Source: Eledone cirrhosa
Taxonomy: Eukaryota
Assembly (NCBI GenBank): GCA_964016885.1
Contig: OZ024743.1
Location: 180,606,001-180,670,000 of the forward strand
Length of the DNA stretch: 64,000 bases
Reading direction: 5' to 3'
Part shown: positions 1-15,312 of the stretch, piece after piece
Numbering within the stretch: position 1 is the stretch's first letter
Layout of the letters: each line of letters starts with the position of its first letter
Position numbers and translations under genes: made by a program
Notes under the pieces: generated by a model
Told to the model about the DNA's origin: nothing
The model's input: the letters and a program-made list of their open reading frames with translations, nothing else
Databases searched by the model: none

Positions 1-192
1 AAAATGTACATCCACATATGTATACTGAAATACTAGTATGCATATGAATACACACACGTGTACATATGTAGATGTACCGAGTTTTCACTGGTCACTTTAC
101 TGTGAGTGTCCAGCTATTCTGTATGTAAACACACAGACAAACCGGTTTTTGAGGAAACACCTTTCCTCTATTCTCCAGAAAGCCAGACAAGG

Positions 193-237
193 AATATTGG
201 ACTAGTTTCGATGTTGTTACATCTCATCAGCAATATT
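193..237 (-). ncRNA. Type I hammerhead ribozyme (inverted copy)
   Basis: Reverse complement of 644-688. Confidence 0.85.
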
Positions 238-643
238 CACCTATCCTCCGGCCTTTCTAGAGAATCGTAAAAGCACATATCGTTATATGCTTTTTCTATG
301 AAAATTAGTAGTGGGCAGACTAATTTGCATAGAGCGTGAGTACGTACCGGTTCAACGGAGACGATAAAATGTACACGTGTGTGTATTCATATGCATACTA
401 GTATTTCAGTATACATATGTGGATGTACATTTTTAACTTAATTGTTTAAGCGTCAGTCATACAAAAGTGAGTTACAAACGAAGCGAGGTTTAATTTCGTT
501 TCGTTATTTGTTTTTATCGTCTCCGTTGAACCGGTACGTACTCACGCTCTATACAAATTAGTCTGCCCACTACTAATTTTCATAGAAAAAGCATATAACG
601 AAATGTGCTTTTACGATTCTCTAGAAAGGCCGGAAGATAGGTA

Positions 644-688
644 AATATTGCTGATGAGATGTAACAACATCGAAACTAGTCCAATATT
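644..688 (+). ncRNA. Type I hammerhead ribozyme
   Basis: aatattg-CTGATGA-gatgt-aaca-acatc-GAAAC-ta-GTC-caatatt: intact core, 7-bp stem I, 5-bp stem II. Confidence 0.9.
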
Positions 689-1196
689 CCTTGTCTGGCT
701 TTCTGGAGAATAGAGGAAAGGTGTTTCCTCAAAAACCAGTATGACTCTAAAAACCGGTTTGTCTGTGTGTTTACATACAGAATAGCTGGACACTCACAGT
801 AAAGTGACCAGTGAAAAACTCGGTACATCTACATATGTACACGTGTGTGTATTCATATGCATACTAGTATTTCAGTATACATATGTGGATGTACATTTTT
901 AACTTAATTATATATACATACATATACATATATATATATATACATACACATACATATACATATATATATATATACATATACATACATATATATATACATA
1001 TACATACATATATTTGAAAATTGACCGGTTAATACATTTACATACATCTATAATATATTATTATATATTTGAAACCACGTGTTTTCGAACTTGTGAGTAC
1101 ATTTTCCTTTAACTACAAATTATTATTATATACTTTCGTCTTTTCATTAACTTAATTAATTTCAAATAACCAGAATATACATATATATATATATTC

Positions 1197-1431
1197 TGCA
1201 GATGTGCAACGAAAGATTTATGTAAACTATATATATATGTGTTTGTCTATATTGTATCTGTATTATTTTTGACCGCCGGTCAGTCAATGGCAACATTGAG
1301 GACCGAGTAAGCTAGATCGCAGATATATATATATAAAAGACAGCGAGAAGCGAAAACCAACCAAACAGTGAGTGTGTTCTGTTATTAATTCTGGCAATAT
1401 TACGCAAATATGACCCTCCCCAAATATAACA
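1197..1431 (+). repeat. 5'-truncated copy of the family G unit (46.0 kb)
   Basis: Near-identical to about 46069-46306; begins inside HHR stem II (tgcagatgtgcaacGAAA). Confidence 0.8.
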
Positions 1432-1583
1432 ACATATATATATATATATACTCATATTTATATATATACTCTTCTCACTCACACACAAGAAAAACAAAAA
1501 ACAAAAATAAATCAAAAATAAATTTAAAAAAAAAAATATATATATTGAAATACTTAACTAAAACACACACACTCAAAACTAGA

Positions 1584-1892
1584 ATGGCTAACCAGCAAAA
1601 ATCCAAACAGAACTGGTCTGATAATGAAATCGACATTCTAATAAACACATGGCATTGCCTTACCCAAACAGAAGATATAGATGCTTCATCTCTGAACGAC
1701 ATTGCTAAACGTACGGTTCAATTTTTGAAAACTCGATCTGAACAACAGATTCAAAATAAATTAAAGCAAATCGAAATTGCTTTTAAATTAATCAATAAAC
1801 ATTTGGATAAACTACGGTGTTTTTTCTTCGAATGCTGTCCAGCAGCAGCAACAACAACAACAGCAGCTACAACGGCAACAACAACAACAGCT

Positions 1893-1924
<32 letters not shown>

Positions 1925-2678
1925 GACAACAGTGTGAACCACTCCTTGATTCATCAACAATGGCCGATCTACTAAATGAAACTATTGACCCCCCAGTAGC
2001 CTCTGTCTCACAGCATGAAACGCCACATCCTTTCTCTGGCCCAGCAGTCCAATCATCACCACTGCCAACATCTCTGCCTACTACTACTACTCCTACTACA
2101 ACATTTTTGTCTACTGCTATGTCAAGGAATTTACCTTCTAATACCAGAACAAGAACTCTCCCTCCCACAGTCCACAAAGGTCGTCAAATCCTACCCAAAC
2201 CATCATCTACACCTCTCACAACACACACACCCACCCACTCGAAACCCCATCATTTGCCGCTACTCTCTACGCTATAGAATATGTACGGATAGTGGCTGCA
2301 AATTCACCCATTTACCTAGGACAAAACGATCTATCCCCACAAACAGCCACCACCATAATACATACTCTAATTTAACACCAACACAACCACCAATAACTCA
2401 AACAAGGAATCCACAAATCTGCCGCTTTTCCCTGCGAGACAGATTGTGTTTAGACCGGGATTGTCCCTTTACCCATCTCCCGGGGACCCGTCGGACAAAT
2501 GAAAATAAAATTAAAAATAAAAACAAAAACAAAAACCATAACCTACATAAAAATAACCACTACCACAGTCACCAACAGTCTTCTAAACAGGAAACTTCTT
2601 CCTCTTTTTTAGCCATAATGAATCTGGCAAAAGAACTGGAAAAAAACATTCGAGCTATCACCCAGCACCACCCTCTGA
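1584..2678 (+). pseudogene. LINE ORF1, frameshifted: Myb/SANT-like N-terminus, poly-Q, two CCCH zinc fingers
   Basis: NWSDNEIDILINTW...RSEQQIQNKLKQI; CAG/CAA run in frame with the 1960 ORF; CRYSLRYRICTDSGCKFTH and CRFSLRDRLCLDRDCPFTH; two frame changes needed. Confidence 0.7.
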
Positions 2679-5468
2679 ATGAAAAATTTCAAAGCCATCC
2701 GTGCTGATCGCGCTGGCAGAAGAAAGGGCGGAACTGCCATTTATGTCCATAATTCTTTCTCAACAGAAGCTATGAACATATTCACTAATGGATACTGTGA
2801 GGCAGTCACTGTATTCAGTCAAACCAACAACCTATTAGTAGTTGGGCTCTATAGGCCACCCCAAACGCCTGTACCATGCTTCAAGGAATGCCTCAACAGC
2901 ATAAAGTGTTTCATCCAAGAGTGTCACCCTGACAACATCTTAATGATGGGGGACTTCAACCTCCCCGGAGTTGACTGGTCCACAAACAGCCTGCCACCAG
3001 GTTCTTCTGCCTCAACCTCTGACAGGGAAGCTGTGGAATCGCTTCTTGACTTCATGGATGATTTCTTCCTATCCCAACTGGTGCTCGAACCAACGAGGTG
3101 CCACAAAAACGTCCTAGACTTAATTTTCAGCAATCACACTGACAATATCCACAATATTGCAGTGGAGAAAACTATACTCTCTGATCATGACATGGTTCTC
3201 TGTGATCTGAGATTCCACCGTCCAATATACAAACCCAATGTCATCTCTCCTGTCCATCCGTTTGACGCTATGGATTTCCACAATGCAAACTGGGAAGCGA
3301 TCAGTCATGATCTTGCACATGTCGACTGGTCCTTCACGCACACTCATACACCCACTAACATCAAAAAGTCCTGGCAGACATTTGTGGACACTGTTACAAA
3401 CATATGTGCTAAACACACCCCATTAAGAACTATAAACAAATCTAAGAGCAGAATCCCTAGAAATAGAAAAACGCTCATCAGAAAAATTAAGAGAACGAAC
3501 AAAAAAATCAACAAGCTGAAATACTGTCAGCAGCAACACATCAACTTGACTGCCATTTCATCACTAGAGATTAAAAAACATAACCTCCAAAACAACATAA
3601 TGTCCCTCATCAACAATCAGAGATGAGCTGAAGAGGCCTGGGCCATTGAGAAGATCAAACTCAATCCCAAAGTGTTCTTTTCATTTGCAAAAAAACACAA
3701 AATCACTGGCTCTACTGTTGGCCCTCTAATTGATGAAAATGGCACTCTTCAAGACAATGCTAAAACCATGGGTGAGATACTGCAGAAACAATACTGCTCT
3801 GTTTTCAGCAATCCTGATATGGCCGATCTGGGCTGTATCGGCGATGTTACTCCCCATTACACCTTATCGGACATAACGTTTGGCGCCCCTGATGTCTTGG
3901 CGGCAATAAAGGAAATCAAGCATAATTCAGCAGTAGGTTCCGATAGGTTCCCTGCTTGTGTCTTGAAGGCGTGTCAACACCAACTTGCATCTCCTCTTGC
4001 CAATCTGTGGCGGAACTCACTGGATGCTGGATATGTGCCAGAAAACCTTCTATCCCAGTCTGTTGTCCCAGTTTTCAAAAAGGGAAACAAATCCCTTGCC
4101 GTGAATTACCGTCCAATCTCACTCACCTCTCATATCATTAAGGTATTTGAGAGAGTGGTGAGATCGCGAATGACCCACTTCCTTGAGAGTAACAATATGC
4201 TGAACTCCAACCAGCATGGATTCCGTAATGGAAGGGATTGCCTGACGCAGCTACTGCATCACTTTGATGACATTTTGAGAGCCTTGGGAGAGGGTTCCAA
4301 CACTGATGTTATCTACCTTGATTTCAGCAAGGCCTTTGACAGGGTTGATCATAACATTCTACTGAGAAAGCTATCCAATATTGGTGTCACTGGAAAGCTG
4401 CTGCAGTGGATCAAGAGCTTCCTGTCAAACAGAACCCAACATGTTGTAGTTGAGGGAGTCAAATCCAGCCCAGCCAAAGTCAGTAGTGGGGTCCCACAGG
4501 GCACTGTGTTGGGCCCACTTCTCTTCATCATCTATATTAATGACATCACTGACATCATCAAACACAGCAACATTAAAATTTTCGCTGATGATTCCAAGCT
4601 CCAAAAGGTCGTCAATGGCGTGGATGACCAGATAAGCCTTCAGTCAGACCTACTGGCTGTTTCCCAATGGGCGGAAAAGAACAACATGTTACTGAACGAA
4701 GACAAATTCGAACTGATCCACTTTGGAAAAGAAGATGCTCTGAAACTCCCGTACTCCCTTCCCTCCGGGGAAACTCTCGTGGCATCTAACAACATCAGAG
4801 ACTTGGGAGTAACCGTGGACAGCAACATAAGCTGGACCACGCATATAAGCAGCAAAGTTGACATGGCCCGCAGAATGTGTTCCTGGATCCTCAGAACCTT
4901 CCAGTCGAGAGATTCCCGCACCATTATCCTTCTCTTCTCTACTTTCGCCCGACCACACCTTGAATACTGTTGTCCACTGTGGTCTCCCCACACTAAACAA
5001 AGTATCATGAAACTTGAAACTCCTCAAAGGGCAATCACGAAAAAGATAGATGGCATGTCAGACCTTGACTACTGGGGTCGATTAGAAAACCTGAAACTTT
5101 ACTCACTCCAACGTCGCCGTGAGCGTTATATTATCTGCATGATGTGGAAAATGTTCCATCATCACTGCCCAAATGATGTTGGCATCGCCTTCAAGATACA
5201 CCCAAGGCTTGGGCCCCGTGCTATCCGTCCCATTCAAAAATCTAAATCGCAACTCATAACAACAATACGGCACAAATATTTCACCTCAATCGGCCCTGCT
5301 CTCTTCAACATCACACCAGGACACGTCAAAACAGAAACTGACCACACAAAATTCAAGAAGTCTTTGGACAAATTCCTCCAAGTAATCCCGGACAAACCAC
5401 CCACACCCGGATATGTCTCCGCAAACAGTAATTCTCTTCTCGAATGGGCCATGGTGCCCAAATCCTGA
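2679..5468 (+). pseudogene. LINE ORF2 (APE endonuclease + reverse transcriptase) with an in-frame TGA at 3624-3626
   Basis: RADR..RKGG, YRPP, MGDFN, LDLIF, SDH (APE); [32 protein letters not shown] (RT). Confidence 0.93.
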
Positions 5469-5553
5469 ATTGAAAGACTTCGCCAGGTGGTGCTATTAAG
5501 TTAGACATGGCCTGGGCCAATACTGGCCAAAACATTTCAAAGTTATTCAAAGT

Positions 5554-5611
5554 TATATATATGTACATACATATATATATATATGTATGTACATATATAT
5601 ATATGTACATA

Positions 5612-5642
<31 letters not shown>

Positions 5643-5726
5643 GTACATATATATATATATATGTACATATATATATATACATGTACATATATATATATAC
5701 ATGTACATATATATATATATATGTAC

Positions 5727-5757
<31 letters not shown>

Positions 5758-5802
5758 CATATATATACATGTACATATATATATGTACATATATATATAT
5801 AT
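5554..5802. repeat. (TA)n microsatellite with TGTACA interruptions
   Basis: Direct reading. Confidence 0.95.
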
Positions 5803-6424
5803 AATATGAAATACGTCCTTTCACGCACAAGGCGCCAAGGTACGCATGTATTGTTCAACCAAGTGCCAGTGTGGTTCAATGGCGGGTTAATAAATTAACG
5901 CGCCAGAACAAATATAAACAAGGTTTAGTAAATAATGAAAAAGTTTCAAAATAAATTTTAAAAAATTGACATTACCTACTATAGTTACCTTTACCGATCG
6001 GGATTCGAAACCGATCGGTAAAGGTAACTATAGTAGGTAAAGTCAATTTTTTAAAATTTATTTTGAAACTTTTTCATTATTTACTAAACCTTGTTTATAT
6101 TTGTTCTGGCTCGTTAATTTATTAACCCGCCATTGAACCACACTGGCACTTGGTTGAACAATACATGCGTACCTTGGCGCCTTGTGCGTGAAAGGACGTA
6201 TTTCATATTACTACTACCCCCACAAACGTTGAGAACAAACCGGGTCATTCCGACTGCTGCTGATAACAGCGGTGGCTAGTTTGACCTACCTCCTTTTGCC
6301 TCTATCTTTACTACGGCCCTTGATAAACCTGTTCTACATCATCCACTCTCATCCCAGGAACAGTCTTTGATAGCGCTAGTTTGTGATTTAAATTCAGGAA
6401 TTTTATATTCTTTGAATGAAAAGA

Positions 6425-6508
6425 ACCTTCTGACGAGAATCTCTCTTTGCAACGAAGGCCGTATGGCCTACGTTTTATTTTTGGGATTCGAAACCGATCG
6501 GTAAAGGT
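6425..6508 (+). ncRNA. Type I HHR with extended stem II
   Basis: acctt-CTGACGA-gaatctc...gggattc-GAAAC-cgatcg-GTA-aaggt. Confidence 0.8.
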
Positions 6509-6907
6509 AACTATAGTAGGTAAAGTCAATTTTTTAAAATTTATTTTGAAACTTTTTCATTATTTACTAAACCTTGTTTATATTTGTTCTGGCTCGTTAA
6601 TTTATTAACCCGCCATTGAACCACACTGGCACTTGGTTGAACAATACATGCGTACCTTGGCGCCTTGTGCGTGAAAGGACGTATTTCATATTACTACTAC
6701 CTCCACAAACGTTGAGAACAAACCGGGTCATTCCGACTGCTGCTGATAACAGCGGTGGCTAGTTTGACCTACCTCCTTTTGCCTCTATCTTTACTACGGC
6801 CCTTGATAAACCTGTTCTACATCATCCACTCTCATCCCAGGAACAGTCTTTGATAGCGCTAGTTTGTGATTTAAATTCAGGAATTTTATATTCTTTGAAT
6901 GAAAAGA

Positions 6908-6991
6908 ACCTTCTGACGAGAATCTCTCTTTGCAACGAAGGCCGTATGGCCTACGTTTTATTTTTGGGATTCGAAACCGATCGGTAAAGGT
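6908..6991 (+). ncRNA. Type I HHR with extended stem II (copy 2)
   Basis: Same motif as 6425-6508. Confidence 0.8.
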
Positions 6992-7390
6992 AACTATAGT
7001 AGGTAAAGTCAATTTTTTAAAATTTATTTTGAAACTTTTTCATTATTTACTAAACCTTGTTTATATTTGTTCTGGCTCGTTAATTTATTAACCCGCCATT
7101 GAACCACACTGGCACTTGGTTGAACAATACATGCGTACCTTGGCGCCTTGTGCGTGAAAGGACGTATTTCATATTACTACTACCTCCACAAACGTTGAGA
7201 ACAAACCGGGTCATTCCGACTGCTGCTGATAACAGCGGTGGCTAGTTTGACCTACCTCCTTTTGCCTCTATCTTTACTACGGCCCTTGATAAACCTGTTC
7301 TACATCATCCACTCTCATCCCAGGAACAGTCTTTGATAGCGCTAGTTTGTGATTTAAATTCAGGAATTTTATATTCTTTGAATGAAAAGG

Positions 7391-7474
7391 ACCTTCTGAC
7401 GAGAATCTCTCTTTGCAACGAAGGCCGTATGGCCTACGTTTTATTTTTGGGATTCGAAACCGATCGGTAAAGGT
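7391..7474 (+). ncRNA. Type I HHR with extended stem II (copy 3)
   Basis: Same motif as 6425-6508. Confidence 0.8.
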
Positions 7475-7542
7475 AACTATAGTAGGTAAAGTCAATTTTT
7501 TAAAATTTATTTTGAAACTTTTTCATTATTTACTAAACCTTG

Positions 7543-7543
<1 letters not shown>

Positions 7544-7604
<61 letters not shown>

Positions 7605-7669
7605 TATATGTACATATATATATATATATAAAAATATATATATATATATATGTACATATATATATCTAC

Positions 7670-7704
<35 letters not shown>

Positions 7705-7733
7705 CATATATATACATATATATGTACATATAT

Positions 7734-7765
<32 letters not shown>

Positions 7766-7783
7766 GTACATATATATATCTAC

Positions 7784-7835
<52 letters not shown>

Positions 7836-7983
7836 GTACATTTATATATATATATGTACATATATATATATGTACATATATATATATATATATGTACATA
7901 CATATATATGTACATATATATATATGTACATATATATATATAAATATATATATATATATGTACATATATATATCTACATATAT

Positions 7984-8037
<54 letters not shown>

Positions 8038-8243
8038 GTACATATATATATATATATATGTACATATATATATATACGTACATATATATATATATGTACA
8101 TATATATATATATATATGTACATATATATATATACGTACATATATATATATATATGTACATATATATATATATATGTGTACATATATATATATATATGTA
8201 CATATATATATATATATGTACATATATATATATATATATATAC

Positions 8244-8284
<41 letters not shown>

Positions 8285-8394
8285 TATATATATATATATG
8301 TACATATATTTATATACATATATGTACATATATATATATATATATGGACATACATATATATACATATATATGTACATACATATATATATAGATA

Positions 8395-8466
<72 letters not shown>

Positions 8467-8486
8467 TACACATATATATATATATA

Positions 8487-8522
<36 letters not shown>

Positions 8523-8548
8523 TATATGTACATACATATATATATATG

Positions 8549-8594
<46 letters not shown>

Positions 8595-8632
8595 TACATA
8601 TATATATATATATGTACATATATATATATATA

Positions 8633-8687
<55 letters not shown>
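7544..8687. repeat. (TA)n microsatellite with TGTACA interruptions
   Basis: Direct reading. Confidence 0.95.
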
Positions 8688-8688
<1 letters not shown>

Positions 8689-9402
8689 ACTTAACTTTGA
8701 ATAACTTTGAAATGTTTTGGCCAGTATTGGCCCAGGCCATATCTAACTTAATAGCACCATCTGGCGAAGTCTTTCAATTCAGGATTTGGGCACCGTGGCC
8801 CATTCGAGAAAAGAATTACTGTTTGCGGAGACATATCCGGGTGTGGGTGGTTTGTCCGGGATTACTTTGAGGAATTTGTCCAAAGACATCTTGAATTTTG
8901 TGTGGTCAGTTTCTGTTTTGACGTGTCCTGGTGTGATGTTGAAGAGAGCAGGGCCGATTGAGGTGAAATAATTGTGCCGTATTGTTGTTATGAGTTGCGA
9001 TTTAGATTTTTGTATGGGACGGATAGCACGGGGCCCAAGCCTTGGGTGTATCTTGAAGGCGATGCCAACATCATTTGGGCAGTGATGATGGAACTTTTTC
9101 CACATCATGCAGATAATATAACGCTAACGGCGACGTTGAAGTAAGTAAAGTTTCAGCTTTTCTAGTCGACCCCAGTAGTCAAGGTCTGACATTCCATCTA
9201 TCTTTTTCGTGATTGCCCTTTGAGGAGCTTCAAGTTTCATGATACTTTGTTTCGTGTGGGGAGACCACAGTGGACAACAGTATTCAAGGTGTGGTCGGGC
9301 AAAAGTAGAGAAGAGAAGGATAATGGTGTGGGAATCTCTCGACTGGAAGGTTCTGAGGATCCAGGAACACATTCTGCGGGCCATGTCAACTTTGCTGCTT
9401 AT
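8688..9402 (-). mobile_element. 5'-truncated LINE family 1 copy (RT C-terminus and 3' tail)
   Basis: Near-identical to about 4845-5553; both ends abut (TA)n. Confidence 0.93.
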
Positions 9403-10742
<1,340 letters not shown>

Positions 10743-10856
10743 TGACACCAGTTCCTCAGTGAACTAACAACCCAACAAGGAACTGGGCATATCAGAGTAT
10801 TGACAATATTATACACCTAAACAACATATGTACATGTCTATACCATACTAATTCAA

Positions 10857-10911
10857 ACTGCCTGAAGAGGTCACAGCCAAAGATGGCTGTCACTGAAATA
10901 TATATAGCAGT
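10857..10911 (+). ncRNA. Type I HHR in a short insert of about 215 bp (10743-10960)
   Basis: actgc-CTGAAGA-ggtcacagcc-aaagat-ggctgtcact-GAAAT-atat-ATA-gcagt followed by AATAAA; homologue at 36834-36889. Confidence 0.7.
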
Positions 10912-10963
10912 AATAAACGAAGCTAAATTTTAATCATTTGACTTTTATTTAACTTTATTGTAC

Positions 10964-10995
<32 letters not shown>

Positions 10996-11088
10996 GTACA
11001 TATATATATATATCTACATATATATATATCTACATATATATATATATATATATATGTACATATATATATATATATATATATGTAGATA

Positions 11089-11123
<35 letters not shown>

Positions 11124-11321
11124 GTACATATATATATATATATGTAGATATATATATATATATATCTACATATATATATATATATATATCTACATATATA
11201 TATATATATATATATGTAGATATATATATATATATCTACATATATATATATATATATATCTACATATATATATATCTACATTTATATATATCTACATATA
11301 TATATATATATACATATATAT

Positions 11322-11735
11322 ATAAACACGCTTTAGCAAATAATGAAAAAGTTTCAAAATAAATTTTAAAAAATTAACTTTACCTACTATAGTTATCTTT
11401 ACCGATCGGTTTCGAATCCCAAAAATAAACGGGGGCCTTACGGCCTTCGTTGCAAAGAGAGATTCTCGTCAGAAGCTTCTTTTCGTTCGAAGAATATAAA
11501 ATTCTTGAATTTAAATTACGAACTAGCGCTATTCAAAACTGTTCCGGAGATGAGGGTGAAATGAGGTGGAATCAATTTTGTCAAGGGCCGAAGTAAAGAT
11601 AGAGGCAGAAGGAGGTAGGTCAAACTAGCAGCGGCCATCACTAGCAGCAGTCAGGACGAGCAAGTTTGCACTCGAGAGGAGTTTAGTAAAAATAGGATAT
11701 GTATTCCTTCACGTACAGGCGCAAAGAGACATATG

Positions 11736-11737
<2 letters not shown>
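11322..11737 (-). mobile_element. Diverged single copy of the family B unit, with HHR at 11395-11477
   Basis: Colinear with the 483-bp unit; HHR region strongly conserved, flanks diverged. Confidence 0.85.
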
Positions 11738-11780
<43 letters not shown>

Positions 11781-11849
11781 TATATTTTATATATATATTA
11801 TATATATATATATATATGTACATATATATATATATATTATATATATATA

Positions 11850-11957
<108 letters not shown>

Positions 11958-12258
11958 CATATATATATACATATATGTATATATATATATACATATATAT
12001 GTTCATATGTATATATATATACATACATATATATGTACATATATATATATATACATATATGTAGATAAATCTACCAAGAGTTTACGGTAGTGTCCAATCC
12101 GTATGAAGAACTCAATGTATTCCGGATATCATGGAAAGAAGAGATGTAATGAAAAATCACTTTCGGTGAAAGATAAACGGTATACAGAGTCAAGATAAAA
12201 TATTAAACAAATAATGAATAAACAATGAGACAGTTCCTTATATTAAACAAAAAAAGTT

Positions 12259-12408
12259 CATTATTTAACGATCGTTTTTAGGATATATATGTGTTAGAAT
12301 TGGCATGCATATTCAACAGATCTATGTACAAAATTATACAAAATTATACAAACTATCAAGATTAAATATACATACCAACACATATATACGCCGTCTTCAG
12401 AAATAATG
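12259..12408 (-). ncRNA. HHR with 115-nt stem II domain; core GAAA changed to AAAA (12278), probably inactive
   Basis: Same as 19427-19576 except for the core substitution. Confidence 0.6.
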
Positions 12409-13034
12409 AAGTATATTTATTGATAATAACAACAATTCAAAATTTCAGGTCCGTTTGGGAACAAAATTGACCAATGAAAACACAAAAGGTTAAATGCAGT
12501 TCGGTGTGTGTATATACATGTAAAACCCTTACACATATTTTACAAAAATGTATGCATAATTTGTATACGCATACTAAAAGGATGGATGCAAATACAAAAT
12601 TTCAAGGTTAATGTCTCTGTAAGTTTATAATGCACAGATAAGATGCGTATAGACACACAAATATGAAATAAGTATATAAATATATTTTCATACTCACACA
12701 TATCCGTACAATCACACATACACGCGCGTATATGCATAAATATACACATAACCACGAACATACAAACACACACACACCCCCACTCACATTTATATATGTG
12801 GATATAAAATCATAAGCACATGGATATTAATTCACTCACATAAACACTGGCACACACATTTAGATCAAGATACAGAAATTAGGTGGGGGGGGGAGAGGTC
12901 AGTATTCAACGGTCTGGGCAGACTGCTTAATATAGATGTATCTATAAACTAAGAAAGTAAAAAATAATAAATAATAAATAAACATTAAAGAGGAAAGAAT
13001 AGAAAAAGAAAAAAGAAAAAAGAAATATATCAAG

Positions 13035-13084
<50 letters not shown>

Positions 13085-13230
13085 CACACACACACACACA
13101 TACATATATATACACATATACAAACACATACATACATATACACACATCCACACTAAGAACATACATACACACACATATATAAACATATACATATACACAC
13201 ATACATACATATACACACATACATATAAAT

Positions 13231-13295
<65 letters not shown>

Positions 13296-13612
13296 CATAC
13301 ACACATACATACACATATAATCACACATACTATATAGACACACATATATATACACACACATACACGCACATATACATACACTTACATACTTATATACATA
13401 CAGATACACACATACATAGCTATATATACACACAAATATATACAGACATACATACATACATACAGACAAATACTTACGCATCTATATATCGGTATATACA
13501 TACAAACACCACTACACTATCACACAACTCAGACATACAAAGAAAAAGGTATATACCTATACACACATACATATACAAATAGAAAAACATATAGATATAT
13601 ATATATATATAT

Positions 13613-13657
<45 letters not shown>

Positions 13658-13866
13658 CATATACACATACACACACATACATACACATACATACATGTAC
13701 ACACACATAGAAATATATACGCATACACACATACACACATACATATAAAGTCATACACACACATACACCTACACGAACATACACATACACATATATAAAG
13801 ATATATATACACTCACACACACACACATACACACACACACATATATATAAAAAATAAATAATAAAG

Positions 13867-13923
<57 letters not shown>

Positions 13924-14264
13924 CATACATATACATACACACATACATAGACATACATGTACATACATACACATACATAGATACATACACACACATACAT
14001 ACATATATATATACACACATAGACATATACATACATACACACACAACTTACATACACACATATATATTCATACATAGAATTAGATATATAATCATACATA
14101 CTTATGCACTTACATATACTCATATATACAAATACATACGCATCCATATATGCGTATATACATAGAAACACCACTACAACCTCACCCAACTCAGACATAC
14201 AAATAAAAATAAAAAGGCATATGCATATACATATATACACGCATTAATAGAGATATATATACAC

Positions 14265-14298
<34 letters not shown>

Positions 14299-14539
14299 AT
14301 TCATATATATATATACATACCCACACACACATACCACCATAAATACACATACAAACACCCACATATACATATATATACACACATATATATATATATACAC
14401 ACACATAAAAAACAGACATGCACATATATATTTTTTTACACATATATATACACATATTATATACATATACACACCCTCACATATACACACATACACATAA
14501 GTTATATTATAATAATAAATAATATATATATATATATAT

Positions 14540-14598
<59 letters not shown>

Positions 14599-14632
14599 TA
14601 CGAATATAGACATATATACACACATAGACACC

Positions 14633-14664
<32 letters not shown>

Positions 14665-14871
14665 TACATATACACAGACACATATACACACTCACATATA
14701 TATGTGTGTGCACACACACATATATACACATACACACATATACACATAAACACATATATGTGTATACATGTACACGCACACATATATCCACATAGATATG
14801 AAGATAGACATATAAATAGAGAGACATACATATATATACAACCACACATACACACACATACATACACACAC

Positions 14872-14966
<95 letters not shown>

Positions 14967-15004
14967 CACACATACACATACACACACATATATACATAGA
15001 CACC

Positions 15005-15036
<32 letters not shown>

Positions 15037-15235
15037 TACATATACACAGACACATATACCCACACACATATATATGTGTGTGCACACACACATATATACA
15101 CATACACACATATACACATAAACACATATATGTGTATACATGCACACGCACACATATATCCACATAGATATGAAGATAGACATATAAATAGAGAGACATA
15201 CATATATATACAACCACACATACACACACATACAT

Positions 15236-15312
<77 letters not shown>

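Larger units (their letters stand above)
1..909 (+). mobile_element. Non-coding HHR-bearing retrozyme-like / non-autonomous PLE unit (family A, about 466-bp period) with 5' inverted arm; cut by the window start
   Basis: 1-368 is the reverse complement of about 511-899; 369-441 directly repeats about 835-908; contains an HHR; ends in (TA)n. Confidence 0.8.
1440..5553 (+). mobile_element. Near full-length APE-RT non-LTR retrotransposon (LINE family 1; clade not resolved, CR1/L2-like or Proto2-like)
   Basis: 5' UTR, ORF1, ORF2 (APE + RT), short 3' UTR ending (TTCAAAGTTA)2 directly into (TA)n. Confidence 0.92.
5803..7543 (+). mobile_element. Tandem array of a 483-bp HHR-bearing non-coding unit (family B, about 3.2 copies) with a 5' inverted arm
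   Basis: Period 483 (6311/6794/7277); 5803-6000 is the reverse complement of about 6012-6210; flanked by (TA)n on both sides. Confidence 0.88.

Noticed and set aside
1015-1090. HHR-like gaaaccacgtgtttt
   Set aside because: No valid CUGANGA or U3-A8 partner core
1270-1312. ggcaacattgaggaccg resembles part of the HDV ribozyme
   Set aside because: Folds only as a simple GCAA hairpin; no nested pseudoknot found
3624-3626. Programmed readthrough between APE and RT
   Set aside because: The paralogous copy has AGA at this codon
6311-7495. Thrice-repeated 72-aa ORF (also the 77-aa ORFs at 38512, 39138 and 56921)
   Set aside because: Antisense to the ribozymes, no recognisable motifs, and repetition is explained by the tandem unit
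5803-7543. CRISPR-like array
   Set aside because: Full-length identical units without unique spacers; no cas genes; eukaryotic context
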